From contig MCFE01000083.1 of the NCBI GenBank assembly GCA_002104905.1, positions 1 to 64,000 on the forward strand: a stretch of 64,000 bases of DNA, written 5' to 3'. This DNA comes from Basidiobolus meristosporus CBS 931.73. Its lineage: Eukaryota; Fungi; Basidiobolomycota. Position numbers and translations under genes: made by a program. Positions 39,015 to 52,869 of this stretch are shown in pieces. Below the pieces are notes generated by a model that saw only the letters and a program-made list of their open reading frames with translations, was not told where the DNA came from and made no database searches. Position 1 is the stretch's first letter, and each line of letters opens with the position of its first letter.

Positions 39015-40170
39015 TCACTCTTGCACAACGCGAATGACGATCTTGCCACGGGCACGGTGCGAAGCGGATTTGTCAAACGCCTGGAGAACTGACTCGGGCG
39101 AAAAATCATAAACAGAGTCGATGACGGGCTGGAATCCGTTTTCATCCACCAAGCAGTGCGTCACTTGCTTCAAGACCTTGCCCGAGGGAGTAGCAGTGAA
39201 CAGGTGCAGACTCGGGCCCGATCGAATCCAGGAGTAAGCCGATTGCAACAAATAGTGTGACCCACTCAGGGCTAGATTGACGAGGGAATCCATAGCATGA
39301 TCCTTGGAAACAATCCGGACAAACACCCCCTTGCGTTTGACAAGTGTTTGTTCGTGAGCCCACAACTCTTCGTATGTGCCTGCACAATCGAGCACAATAT
39401 CAAAGTCCTGCTGCGTGTATTGCTCATAGACCTTGGTTGTTTCATAATCGACCACTTCATCTGCGCCCAGTGACTTGACAAATTCTGCGTTGCGACTCGA
39501 ACACACTGCCACAACTGTTGCTCCAAAGGCCTTTGCAAGCTGTACTGCCGCCGTTCCTATTCGAGGGGGAGGGTTGAGGAGGTGAGGAGGTGGGAAGGTG
39601 ACGGCCAAGAGAAAACTGTTAGAAAAGCCTCAACATACCCGTGCCGCCACTAGCACCGTTGATTAGGACCTTGTCGCCCTTCTTCATCTTGCCGCGGATG
39701 ACGAGCGCTTCCCAGATAGTCACTGAGGCCAATGGTATTGCTGCCGCTTGATCGAAACTCAGGCGGTCCGGCTTATGATTAACCAACGACACGTCGACAT
39801 TCACATATTCACGCAATGCACCCGGCCCGTTGCGGAAATGTAAGAATGCCATGACTGCATCGCCAACCTTGAAGGGCTCGACTTCGTGATCGGACGTGGC
39901 AGTTTGTGTTTCGACACTACTACCAACCGCAACTATGGTGCCGGCCACGTCAAGTCCTGGCGTCATGGGGAGGCGTAAAACAAGCTTAGCTGCTCCGCCG
40001 GACATCAACTTCCAGTCAACCGGGTTCAGTGCAGCCGAATGCACCTTGATGAGGACCTCGTGTGGCTTCGGGGGTAAAACAGGTATATCGGTCTTGAGTT
40101 CCAACACATCCTTTGGACTACCAAAAGCGCTGTACACAAACGCTTTCTGGGTCTCCGGTATATCGGTCAT
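39015..40170 (-). CDS. Zinc-type alcohol dehydrogenase-like / NADPH quinone oxidoreductase (MDR family, RTN4IP1/Yim1-like), 2 exons
   Basis: EVLIKVHSAALNPVDWKL, PGLDVAGTIVAVGS, VLINGASGGTG|TAAVQLAK, HRARGKIVI. Confidence 0.92.
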
Positions 40171-40537
40171 GTTTTTTGGTTGTTGGGAGGTAGGATGAGG
40201 ATTCACAGTGTGAACCAGATCAATATATTCTATGCTGCGGAAATCGGTCCTAAATATTCTTGGCCTTTACGTCAATATCCCTGGTAACTGGATGGATGGC
40301 CTAATTTAAAAAACTTCTAATTATAAGTGTGCCAAGATTCTTGGCCATGTAGCCTAATGTCTGCTTGGCTGCAACACTTTTGGCTTCAACCATTGAAAGT
40401 ATCACCTAAGATTGTTCCATTGAGTTTCTAGAAGTTGCTGCAAAGCAATCAAGGAATTAACCATGCCTGTTAGTTGCATAGCCATGTCCTGAGTAAATAG
40501 TATTGGTCTTAATAACATGCCAGTTATGATCTGTAGC

Positions 40538-40884
40538 TGTTGTAAAGATTTGTAATTCCACCTAAGTATTCATCTAACCTGGTCACTTAGATCATTACCT
40601 ACAGATTCTAGAGAATACTGACCAAATTCTTTGTTGGGATTTACTTGGAATTTTTTCACTAAAATATCAGGTATCCAGAACATGAAAATTAGATAAGTTG
40701 TCCAAACAACCCCACACTTTGCACACATGTTCTTGGGACTTTTCTCAGTCTATTCTACATGTTTATTATGCCAAGACCATGTAAAAGTATAAATACTACT
40801 TCACATTCAATCAATTATCAAGTGGAACCACATAATCTACTTGTTCTCCCAATCACTTCCAAAATCTCCAAGACTCTTACAATA
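40538..40884 (+). mobile_element. Copia-family solo LTR (family A) with perfect 5-bp TSD
   Basis: TGTTGTAA...TTACAATA, 347 bp, flanked by GTAGC (40533-40537) and GTAGC (40885-40889). Confidence 0.92.
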
Positions 40885-40889
40885 GTAGC

Positions 40890-43757
40890 AAATGCTTGCT
40901 TTGGTAGAGCTCTGGTAGGCTATGTGGTGCTACTCAAGGCTCCCTATGAGAAATTATTGTGATGATGCCATCAAAAGGCCATCACAGATTCTAAGTCCTG
41001 TGACTAAGAGGTACTTATTCCATCAGCACACCATGCAAAGACTATCAAAAAATATTTGCACCCCAGATATCATAAAAACTTAGTCAAAATTTCTCATCAC
41101 AACAATACAAAAGTGGCTTTTGATTGGTTCTCTGCCAATTTTCTCACTTTCTGATCCCAGGCACTCTATCTCCTCCTACATTTGTGTGCATTGATTGGCT
41201 ATTGATTCTTTTTCACACTTCTCAATACCTGACTCCATCATTTCTCTTATTTTTCATGCATACAAATTTATCTATTTCCATTAATACTTCAGTTGTACCT
41301 CAATTGCCAATTGTATTGACCTATGCAAGTCCCTGTACCCTACACTAACATTCAGCCCAACCCCACACTCAACAAGTAACTCCATTAAAATCCACCACTC
41401 AATAAATATATCTGCTGCACTACTCTGTTTTCACAACTTTGGCGGGAACCCTACAGCTTTATGCCACTGTTCATTCACTGGTTCCCATATGTCCAGGTCT
41501 TCAGCCAGCACTGCAAGGTCTAGCTCCTCATCTGCCAGTCTTTGAAATAAGTCCTTGCAATATTCAAGTGCATTTTCTTGAGCACTGCTCTTGAAAAAGT
41601 GCTGCAACCTCTTGGTGTGCCTATTAATGTTCCAAAATTCCATCAAATGCATTGTGATAACCTTTTGAGTTCTTGATATTGCTACTTTGTCTGTCAGTGA
41701 GATCTCCACTCTGTCAACAATGGAGGATGTGGAGGCTGTGGTAGATAAATTGCCTTTCCCCACAAAGTCATCTATCTAACTGGAGTGTAGCTTAACTGGC
41801 TGCACTTCCAACTCTTGTGAAAATAGCTATTTTCTTGTTTATAATTCTTCTTGGCTATAATAGAGTTCAGTCTGTTCCAGGCTTACAGCGTTAATTGGTA
41901 AGAACTGCAGCTTTTTTCTTATGCTTCCCTGTCCCTGGCTTGGGTAGACTTTTTCCCCTTTACCTTTTCTTTTATCACTGCCAGGTCTTTCACTGCTACT
42001 TTGTCCAAGTGCCTCTTGTACTTGTGGTAAGTGTCTAGGAGATATTGGAAGTGATTAGGAGTACAAGTAGATTTTGTGGTTTTCACTTAATGATTTATTG
42101 AATGTAAAAGTAGTTTTATACTTTTACCTGGTCTTGGCATTACAAACATGTAGAATAGGCTGAGGAAGGTCCCAAGAACATGTGTGCAAAGTTTGGGGCT
42201 GTTTGGACAACTTTGAGAATTTTCATGTTCTGGGTACCTGGTATTTTGGTGAAAATATTTGGAGTAAATCCCAACAAGGAATTTGGTTGGTATTCTCTAG
42301 GATATGAAGGTAATGATCTAAGTGACTAAATTAGGTGAATATTTAGGTGGAATTACAAATTTTTACAACAGTATTGAACTACATTTTCTCCTTGATAAAT
42401 GCTGCTCTGATGCATCTGTTTTGGCCTGCTTGCCCCTTGCTGGCACTCTGCAGGCATCCTGATGCATCTTTCCTGCTTGTTTTGAGCTCTCAGCCCATGC
42501 TGTGATGGGCTCTTGAGGAAACTGCTGGTTTTTGGCCATTGCACCCTTGTTCTTCTGCCTTTGAAAGTTTCTGCTATTCTTGAGATACTTTCTTGGCAAA
42601 CCAATGCTGGCCCAAAAACTGTTTGCTTGTTTGAATCCAAGATAATGCTCATGGAGCAAGTCAAGCACATTCTGCTTGGCCTTGAGTTCCTGATGGTCCC
42701 AAGGTATGCCAGCCATAAGGTGTTTGCATGCTCGACTACTAATGGCCTCTTGAATATTACAGCTACTTGTATATTAGCCCACTCTTCATCATTGCACTCA
42801 ATGGCTTCACAGATCTTCAATATCTTTTGATTTTTAGGCTTTGATATAAACACTCCATTTTCTCCCTCCCATGCTGTGATGGGTTTTTCTGTGGGCCTTA
42901 TCTTTGGGCACTGTTGTTGTGCTTCAAACACTGTACATTGTTCCTCTGCTGTTACATTAGGAAATGGCTCAATTCTTGGCTGTGACATTGAGCTACTTGA
43001 GTTCCTTTGTTGCAGCAAAGATACTGCTTTCTCTACCTGAGATATTGATTTCTCTACAGCTTTTATTCACTCATCCTGTTTCTAGTCTATTTCCTGACTT
43101 CTCTAGGCCATTACATCTATCCTATCAGCCACTGCACCTAATTGCCTCATTAATGCTTTGGTATGAGCTGACAACATACCTGCTAATACAGGTAGTGATG
43201 ATGTTATGACAGCCACTTGCTGGTCTGCAACTGAAGGTACTGCTTTTGCTACATTCTCATCTACCTCAGCAATATGGCCAGCTTGCAGCTCTGTAGAGAT
43301 TCCAATTTGTCTACTTGACTGAGAGCCTGAGGAGTTTGCATTGTTCCCTTCAGTGGGCACACTGTCCACAGGGACTTTTTGAGTTGTAGTCCCACTAGTT
43401 GCACTGAATGCTAAAGCAAGCTGTTGTCCAACTGTTCTTCTGCTGCTGTCAGCAGTGGTGTTTAGTTGGGAATCAGACAACCTTGCTTTTTTTTTTGGCG
43501 GCATATATATGGAAGTGAGTCAAACCATATTGACAAAATAGTGATATAATAGCATTATGTTGCTGAGTGTCAAACTGTTTGCACCATGGACAAGACTAAT
43601 TTGATTTAACACCATAAGAGAAGAGAAAAAAGACCATGTGGCTATTGTAGCAAGCCTCTCAGCCATGGAGCACACCAACTGCATAGGAAGTATTACAAGG
43701 ATCACAGTCAGTGTTTTGACACACAAGTCATATTTGACCATTCACCAGTCACTGCTT
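40890..43757 (-). mobile_element. Degenerate CACTA/EnSpm (CMC) element, 5' portion (copy A)
   Basis: 40990-41590 aligns with 63400-64000, which is contiguous with the tnp2-type transposase relic. Broken ORFs at 43103-43504 (MPPKKKAR...), 42353-43018 and 41431-41763. Confidence 0.65.
42023..42370 (-). mobile_element. Copia-family solo LTR (family A) inserted in the CACTA relic
   Basis: TGTGGTAA...TTACAACA, TSD GTACT/GTATT. Confidence 0.88.
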
Positions 43758-43875
43758 TGTGAGTACTAAGTGTAGTACCCACTCTTTGCCCAAGAGTTCT
43801 CCCCAGAGTCCTACTCAAAGCTCCCCCTATATCCTCCCTATGATTCCCCCCGCATCCTCCCTCCTATTCCTGCTT
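43758..43875. repeat. Dispersed repeat D (probable LTR start), copy 1; copy 2 at 49370-49490
   Basis: Shared TG(T/A)GAGTACTAA-TGTAGTA-CCACTCTTTGCCCAAGAGTTCTC-CCAGAGTCCTAC...CTCCCTCCTATTCCTGC. Confidence 0.65.
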
Positions 43876-43879
43876 CACT

Positions 43880-46800
43880 CCTAAAAGCCATTCAAGATAC
43901 ACCCACACCAAAGGATATCAATGCAGTGTTGGGATTCCTAGGATTAGCTGGCTACTATTGCAGCTTTGTCAAACACTTTGCAACAATAGCAGCCCCCTGT
44001 AAAAATTGACACAAAAAGGCCAGTGTTTTGTGTGGTTGGAGCCACAAAAGAGAGTTTTTGATCAGCTGAAACATTCCCTGACGTCACCACCAGTGTTACA
44101 TTTTCCCAATTGGAATGTGAGATTCTTTATTAACTGTGATGGAAGTCTCACTGGTATGGGTGCTGTACTGGGACAAAACCACCAACCCAGCAAATTCCAC
44201 CCAATTGGTTATGTGAGCAACTTGCTAAACAAGCACAATCATCACTACCCTATTACCAAGACAGAATGTCTGGTGTTTGTTTATTCAATTAAACAATTCC
44301 ATACATACACACATGGTTGCCAATTCATGATAGTAATGGACCACAGCACACTGGTCTGGCTGATGAGAACTAAAGACTTTACCAGTTGACTAGCATGTTG
44401 GGCCCTCTGGCTACAAGAATACAACTTCAAAATAATTCATTGCGCTGGCAAGAAACACCAGGACACAGACTTCCTCAGTTGCTATCCTGTTTGCCAAGTA
44501 TGTGTCAGCAATGACTACAAGGATGTAATCTGCTTTAACAGAAGGGGCAAGTACACCAAACATGCTATTAAAAACAAGCAGAGGAGAGACTTTGGAAGGA
44601 AATGGCTTCAGTACAAAGTACAAGAAAATTGATTATGGTTCCTCCTAGGACAGTTCAGAGTCAAGGTACCCCCAGTAACTGCCTGCAAATAAATCATACA
44701 AGAAAGACATATGTCATTAGGACATGCTACCCCCTAACAACATATATGATGTTAAGAAAGATGTTTTATTGGAAAAAAAGATGACCAACATCACCAATAT
44801 GTTACAAAGATGCTTCACTTGCAAAAGATTTAACTGAAGTAATACAGGGACAACCACACCAACACCAGCTGACCTACCCTTCCACTGGGTAGGGATTGAC
44901 TTTATTGGCCCCCATACAAAAACAAAGAAAGGAGGACAATACATAATAATTGCTACCAATTATTTCTCAAAGTGGGTAGAAGCCCAAGCCATCCGAAAAA
45001 AAGATCAGAGATGTTGTGTTGTATTATGATTAGTTTGGGGCTTGTTCTACAATGTAAAGGCTAATCAACAATATACAACAGCTTCCAGTATGCTAATACT
45101 GAAATAGTTTATTGGGAGTTTGATATACCAATAGAAGATATAACTTTCACTAATTTCCTCAATCTTAGGCTCAAAATATACTGTAGGCAGTGTTTATCAC
45201 TTCTACAGCAGTGTTCTGACCTTCTGTCAACTAATGGGCTTATTTACTTTTATAGTAACTTTTCCTTATTTGGAAGTCACTTTCCTTTCTGAGAAAATAT
45301 TTCCTAATATGGAAATTCTGAACTCCCTGTTAACCTAAAGGGGTGTGTTGTAGAAGTCTCTAAAGGGGTCTTTAGACCTAAAGGGGTGTCTAAAGGGGTG
45401 TCTTTAGAGTAAAGGGGCTTCTTGTAGTGGTCTCTAAAGTGGACTTTACACTAAAGGGGTGCCTAAAGGGGCTTCTTTAGAGTAAAGGGGTTTCTTAAAG
45501 GGGTCTCTAAAGGGGTCTTTAGACTAAAGGGGTGTCTTTAGAGTAAAGGGGTTTCTTAGAGGGGACTTTTCTGACAGAAAAGTGATAGTTTCTTGTAGAA
45601 CTTAGATTGGATTCTTGTGAGCTTTGCAGTCTCTTTACTGACGTAGTACCAATCAAAGTCAGAATACTCAACAGTGCAAGTGATGCTGGGGAAGTCTTAT
45701 AACCTTTAAACTTGTAATTGTAGTGTGGAGATTCTGGAAAGAGAGGCTCTCTCTTTATTTTTCAGCTGGGGAAGTTATATATATGAGAATTTTTGAAGGA
45801 TCAAAGTTTTTGGGCGATTGCACAAGCAATACACGTGATACAAAGCTAAAATTTTGCGGTGGCGCAGATCGGACATAGGCACAGCACCTGTGAAAATATC
45901 ACGTGATTTGATTGGCTGGTTCAAAAGTTACACGCAATCAAAGTCACCATAGTAATCCTAGCAATAAGGCATAGTATATATAATAGTTGGACTTTTCTGG
46001 TCATAACTCCTTAAGTACTGCTTCAAATGAGCTGAAACTTGAAACATGTGTTGGCTACTACGTGTTCTGTATGACATAATATTCTTGGGTGGATTGCTTG
46101 TCAGGGTCTGGAGCATTTGTTCATCAAAGTTGGAAATTCTTGATCTTTCACTTGTGTGTTACAATAGCAAAATGCAAAATAAAGAAATGAGTGCAATATT
46201 GGTTTAGAGATATTGTAGTAATGGAATACTTTCCATTACCACAGAGACAACAGCCCAACTCACTCTAGAATGCCTCATCTGCCAGCATGGATATCCTCGG
46301 ATACTCCTGTCCAACAATGGTGGTCCCTCCCTGAACAACACCATGACCCATTTGTGCAAAATGATGGGCATGAAACAGGTCTTCACAGCTGCATATCACC
46401 CCCAGACTAATGGATTAGCCAAGAGGATGAACCAGACATGTTGCTGCATACCAGAGAAGTTTCACTGGGAACTTCCCCAGTCATGGGCCAAGCTGCTTCC
46501 ACTGACACTCCCGGCAATGCGTACAATACAAAATAAAACAACAGGTTTCTCCCTGTACAAAGCTCTGTATGAACCAAGGCCCAAGTGGCATGAAAAAGCT
46601 GGATTGACAATGGAAGGTGTCCCCTTGACAACACATAACAACTATGTAGAAAGGTTGATACACTGTATTGCCCACCTATACAAAAAGTATTTGAAAATGT
46701 CAACAAGCACCTTCCCCCTCCACCCAAGAATGAGAAACTAAGATAAGGTGTGGTACAACCAAACTGTTGCAGGCCTCAAGTTTTGCCCACAATTTACACC

Positions 46801-46950
46801 CTGATGGATTGGCCCTTGCACCATTTTTAGTTTGGAACACAGACCAAAGTACACCATCACCCTGGGCAATAAGACAATCAACAACATAGCACCAGCCCAT
46901 CTGAAACTGTTTCATGATGATCCACCAATCATCACTGAAACTAAAGTGTG
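43880..46950 (+). pseudogene. Ty3/gypsy pol relic (RT-connection/RNase H + integrase), interrupted by a ~1.2-kb insert at ~45000-46200
   Basis: LGFLGLAGYY, FDQLKHSLTSPPVL, CDGSLTGMGAVLGQ, PFHWVGIDFIGP, YFSKWVEAQAI, AAYHPQTNGLAKRMNQT; many stops and frameshifts. Confidence 0.9.
45336..45564. repeat. TAAAGGGG minisatellite (~14 units, interspersed with CTTTAG)
   Basis: Repeated taaagggg units read directly. Confidence 0.85.
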
Positions 46951-47079
46951 ATTAAACAGTTATCAGGACAAGGATAGAGGAAGACACGGGATATATACAA
47001 AGTTTATTAGAGGAGATTTTAGTTGATATAAGTACAAATGATATGTGCAAGGAAGTTTGCCTAAAGGGAGAACAAAAGA

Positions 47080-49268
47080 ATGCATATGGAAAGAGCCAGA
47101 GTAAATAGCTCACCTGAAACTGGTGATACCATTCCCACCAGCAAGAATCAAGATGATATCAAAAACAAGACTGATCTGCAAGTGTTGAGAGATATGGTAC
47201 AAGTATCACATGCAACAAGAGCCACCTATGAAGAGTTATTTGCCAGAGCAGTTATATTGATACAAGACACAATCAGAGAGGGACAAGACAAGTTACCTAT
47301 GCCAGTACAAAGTATGGAGATACTACCCCAGAAGATTGTATACCAACTGAGAGGAGGTTCCATGATCATCAAGCAGAAGGATGCCGCACTGATTCCCGTA
47401 TCCATACTGGACACAGTCAGACAGAAGATGCAAGGAATCAACTGTCATATCCTCACAAGGCCTCAAGAGCCCCCCTGTTTTGTTGCATACTTGTCATTAA
47501 TAGGTACCATGATTGTTGAGGTATATGCAGACCTGGTACAAGCTGCAAGAGCACCAGAAGTAGAGCTCCCAATCAAAGAACTCCTCCAAGAAATTTGCAA
47601 ACATCTCAAACCGCATTTTCAAGAAGGTACCATTCTAGAGAAGATACGCAAACGGATTAAATACACCAGCCAGTTGACCCATGCAATCCATCAAGTTGCT
47701 GTGCTATAAGTATTACAGTGGTTTACCATAGGACTACTCAGGAACCAGTACAAAGTCCAACTCCAAGAAGCCAAAGAAACTGCCGCTGTGGTGGTGTATA
47801 GGTCCAAGGGAGAGATATGTCCAACACTTCTCAAGTGTTTTGTGTGTGGGGTGTTCACTGGGTGCAATAACCTCTGGCAAAAGCTTGCTAGGATTACTTG
47901 GGTTCTGTCTCTAATCTAATGTGAAGGGGAATAAAGCCACAAGCTTGTCAAGGGAAAACTATTGAGCTACAATCCCCGACCTAGTTGGCGTCTTAACAAA
48001 AGTATGTGCTAGGTTCAGCATCCTTTGAGATGACAATGTACTAAAGCTTCCAGAGTCAAAACAACTGTAAACTCCTCCAGCAGGGACTTGATAAGAATGC
48101 AGCTGTGGTCAATAGTTACAAAGACAGAAAAGTATCTTTGCCTGTACAAGAACAAACTTGGGAAAGAATCAAAGATAATAAAAGATACCTACGCTGAGTA
48201 TTCCTCACAAGTAGTGCCTCCAAGGTCAGTTTGGCAGTCAGCACGGTTTCCTGGGAGTGTCCTGTGGTCTGGGGTTGGAAGTTCAGGTGGCAGCAGGTAG
48301 CAGTGATCACACTAATCAACAAATTGTAATATTGATAAAAGGGATGATGATTTATTGTTGAGGGATAGCCTCCCTTATATACTTTTCTTACTAGCTAAGT
48401 GATTACTAATCATGGTGTTCTAGAAGGTTCTGGATATCAGTAGAAATCTTTATGACATCAGAATGACCTAAGAATGTTCTAGGTAGGTGCCAGAAGGTTC
48501 TAAGAGGCACAGCACATCCAACCAATCAGGAATCAGTATTCTGAAACCTGTGAAACATAGTGATACCATATATGGTATGGAAATGGTAGGGATGATGAAA
48601 CAGGTTGATCATGTGTCACAGGCACTGGCGCGGGTACTTGCCTAATATAGAAGCACTTATAGCTAGTAATCTTACATAAAGTGAGGGGTAACTTATGCAA
48701 TAAGGTAAGCAGGTGTGATAGTCAACCAGCTTATGGGATAGTACTGATCAGGTAAGACAAATGGGATGAAACTAAAATAAGTGTAGTAGAGATATAGGGA
48801 AGTAGAAAATATGGCAATGAGCACATCTGTCAGTGGGTGTCACTGTCACCCTACTACACCACAGACTCTGTAGAAACCTTAAGGCAAGTGCAAAAGTGCC
48901 TTGATTGTGCCACAGTCTCTATGGAAGAACTACAATACGTCTTGGAAGAAGCAAAAGCTTGTTATTGACAACAGATGACTGCCAACCAAGTGTATGCCCT
49001 CTTTGAAAGTGCTCCTGCCATCATGTTGAACATGACAAGGGCAAGTCCCAACAATGTTTGCAAGATAAAGAAGCAAGACTCTATTGCATTATTGCATCTC
49101 TTCTTGTTCTCCAACCCTCCCAAGGAGCTTACCCAAAACCCCATGGTTTGCCAATTGTTTGGCTCTGTGGAAAACATCCCTCAAGCAACACAAGCTGCTC
49201 CTTACTCTGTCACTGAATGGTATCAGGTGCTTGCCCATGGTCCCCTCACAAGTGACAACCAGCAATGA
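47080..49268 (+). pseudogene. Degenerate ORF of unknown family downstream of the gypsy integrase, split by a solo LTR
   Basis: 209-aa ORF 47080-47709. The reading frame appears to continue across the LTR insertion (…QLQEAKETA|DSVETLRQVQKC…) into ORF 48975-49268. Confidence 0.45.
47787..48858. mobile_element. Solo LTR family B (~1.07 kb), copy 1
   Basis: TGTGGTG...CTACTACA termini; 4-bp TSD CCGC/CCAC; collinear with the split copy at 58607-63111. Confidence 0.85.
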
Positions 49269-50229
49269 TACTATGGTGACTCCCCATGCTCTGTCAACAA
49301 AATTGACCCTGGAGAAGCAAGTTAGTCAAAGAACTTCAAGGACAAAGCTCCCTCTTAACCCCTAGGATATGAGAGTACTAAATGTAGTAGCCACTCTTTG
49401 CCCAAGAGTTCTCTCCAGAGTCCTACCAAAAGTCTCCCAGTATCCTCCCATGATTCCCCCACACATACTCCCTCCTATTCCTGCCCTTATCTAGTTAGAG
49501 CACTTACCATAACAGAAAGGTGTCCACACTCCTATTTTATAACACATTGTCTATTGTCTAAGCCCCTCCAAGTGATATATGTATATCCAATTGAACCAAA
49601 TGAGAGAACAACAAGAGATTTGGATGGAAAAAGCACAAGTCTTTATTACCTTGCCACCTTCTATTGGAAGCAATTCTGTGCCAAGTGGCACTGACTTGGC
49701 CTACAAGCTCTCCCACTCACCAAGTACAGTCAATAATAACCCACATACTGTACCAACCATACCTTACTGGCCACTTCATACTTCTATAATAGCAACTGGC
49801 TGTACTTACCACCTTGTGCAAACAGAGTTAGGAGAGTTTGTGACACCTTCAGGCTCACCCCAGCCTTCTGAATAGGGCATGCAGAGTGATAGCTCTGAAG
49901 AAGCAGGCTCAATGATGGATTGTGAGCCTATCTTCCCTAACAACAGCACCCTGCATGAGCCCAACAAGATCCCATTATGCAATGAGACAACACCTGTGGA
50001 AAAAATGCTAAGGATACTCTATGGAATCAAGTGAGCCCAGTAATCCATTTACTGGTGAATGATGTGATGTTGTGGCTAGCAAAGTGCCAATATATATATC
50101 CAGATAGTACCAGTGGACCGAGATAGTGCCATGCATTTTTGTGACATGCTACAAGCCTGTGGGCTAGATTTAGAGTGCCATGGGTATTATGTACCAGATG
50201 CATATCTTCAGTCTGTCTGTGCTCTTTTA

Positions 50230-52004
50230 CGTCATGCACAATTTTGATCCCAAAAAAAAGGTTAAAAAATTGATTTTCTCCCGCACAGTAGGTGAAACAC
50301 AGGGGCTGCTTTGCATGAATATGCAGAACTATATGTCACACTCTGTGGCCAAGTTTAGGTATGTTATGACTCTCAGGCACACTATGGCACTATTTGGCAC
50401 TCATGGCTCAATGTGGCACTATCCAATGGAACAAGTCTATTGGCTAAATACCAAAAAGTTCTTTGTCAATATTCAGGAGGTATTCATGGCAGAAGTGGTG
50501 GCAACCAAGCATATATTTGCAAGATGTATATGTTACCAGCAGTACAAGGAATATGGGAACTTTGCAAGCATTGCACTAAAAAGCTGTACAGTTGAGATGA
50601 CAGAAGTATGTCAATTGCAGCAGGTGTGCCCATTTGTAGAGGTCAGTAAGCCAGAGGCCATGGTATTTTTTGATTGAAACCATATGTGAATACTCAAGGT
50701 AGTAGTGCGTTAGCAAATAAAGAGGTGATTCTACAGTGGAATATATGAGTTGAGCAAGGGGAGCTAGAAAAAGGAAATACCAGTTGGTAAGTTGGTATGG
50801 TAGCAGTATACAGAACTGGCTGTAGGCCACCATACAGCCATGATAATGCCATCAGAGGCTTACCAAAAGGCTGTCAGAACACTATCATGTTTTTTGCCAT
50901 ACAAAGCAATTGGATGTACTGGCCAGTTAGATCCACTCAGATAGTTGTCAAGTGCACCAAGACCACAACAATGCCATGCTACTCTTGCAAAATACCATAC
51001 AAATACTGTTTTGGTAAGGTAAACATACCTTCCACAGAAAAGTTTATTCACATAGCTATTATGATGTACTTATCCATATTTTATCTTATCAGTATTATCC
51101 CATTCTTCTTTTGCCAATACTATTAGTATTATCTCCATATGATGTTTACCTTGATTAGTTATTAGCATTAGTTATCCCAGATGTTATTCAGCTTTGCAAT
51201 CAGTATGTGTATCTACATAAGGCAGGTACTCACATCAGAACCTGTGACACATGACCTAGGTCTGTGTTACCATACCTACCACTTCAATACCATATATAGT
51301 ATTTCTATGTTGCACAGGTTTTGGACTACTGGTCCCAGATTGGTTGGATGTGCTGTGCTGTTTAGAACCTTCCAGGACATTCTTGGCATATTTTTAGCTC
51401 ATAGTGATGTCCTCAAGTATTCCACTGATACCTAGAATCTTCTAGAACCTTGTCATTAGTAATCACATGGCAATCAGCAAAAGTATTCAAGGGAATGCAA
51501 TCCCTCATCAATTAATCATCCCTTCTATCAGTAACACTTCTCCTGTATTGATTAGCAGTTGATCAATGCACCTGCCTTCAACAGTTACATCTCAGACCTG
51601 CCATTAACAAGCTTTTCAGGGTAGTGAACAAGGCACACAGTGGCCTTTGGAGACACTTGGAATACCAAGCAAGCTAGAGAAGCAGGAGCTTTTACCATAG
51701 TGACATATTGACATATTGACAAAGACACCAGCAGTTTAGACCCAGAGGTTATTGCACCCATCAGACACCTCACACACCTTAAGTTCTGTAGCTTCTCCCA
51801 GGAGTACCTCTACACCACCACACCATTATATTTTATCAACTTTATTTAGCTGTAAAATTAGCAAAACACTGCCATGATCCCATCACAAGATTGTGTAGAT
51901 GGTCATTAATTCCAAGCTGCTGGTATAACAGCAGTCTCCTGATGGGATCTTGACAGCTGATCTGGATTTGATCCACCCACAGGACCAAAATATTTTTCAT
52001 AGGG
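50230..52004 (+). mobile_element. Inverted copy of the CACTA 3' arm, interrupted by a diverged family-B LTR (~51010-51822)
   Basis: Reverse-complement similarity to 55759-56900; ends TTTTTCATAGGG, the reverse complement of terminus CCCTATGAAAAA. The inner LTR ends TACACCACCACA at 51822. Left boundary is approximate. Confidence 0.6.
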
Positions 52005-52869
52005 AAAATTTATCAAATATACAAGCAGTACTTAAAGTTTACACAATCTTAGCAAAAAACAAGTAGAATATACTGAGGAATGTCACAAGTGCATGTCTGC
52101 AAACTTTGAGGTCTCTTGCACTGCTGTCAGCACCTGATATTCTGGTGGATATGTTCCAAGCTTATTATAGCAGTAGGTTTGGGCTGAAAATAATATGCCC
52201 ATAATTTAATTTTGGCATTTGGTAAATGTAAACTTTAGGTGACAATTCAATTCTTACAATACTTCTCAGATTTCTTTTGCACAGACACTTAATGTGCTTT
52301 TACTATTATCTTCATGCTGTCTTTTGACAAAATATCATCTGTCTACATCAAAATATCATTACAATTAAGTGTATTTGCTAAGCCATCACCGATCCAGAAT
52401 ATGCATTTACTCAATATTCTCTGAGAAAAAAACTAAGAAATGACTAGCAGACTACCCCTATGAAAAACAATTTGGTCCTGTAAGGGAATCCAATCTAGAT
52501 CAGCCATTAGGATCCCACAATGAGGCCATTATAATGCTTGTAGCTTGGAGATATTCATCATATACACAATCTTGTGGTAGGATTGCAATGGTGTTTTGCT
52601 GCTTTTACTGCCAAGTAAAATAATAGACTAGATGGTGTTTTAAGAGTAAATTAATGGGACTTGCATAGCATTCTGATGATCTTAAAGCAGTCTATATTTA
52701 TTTGAGTAAACCTAAACAGCCAACACATGCAAGTCCCTATGGAACATCTCAAACTTGAAACTTGACTGCTGCTCCACCAATATTCTATTAGTATATTGCC
52801 AGTATTCAGCCAGTGTTTTTGGTTCAGATTTTCAATTGTTATTTTTGACAAAGGTAGCAGAGAGCTAGT

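Noticed and set aside
50380-50440. FGTHGSMWHYPMEQ resembling the CACTA FGP..W.FP.ER motif
   Set aside because: Not conserved in the two paralogous copies (54.7 kb, 56.5 kb); probably coincidental.
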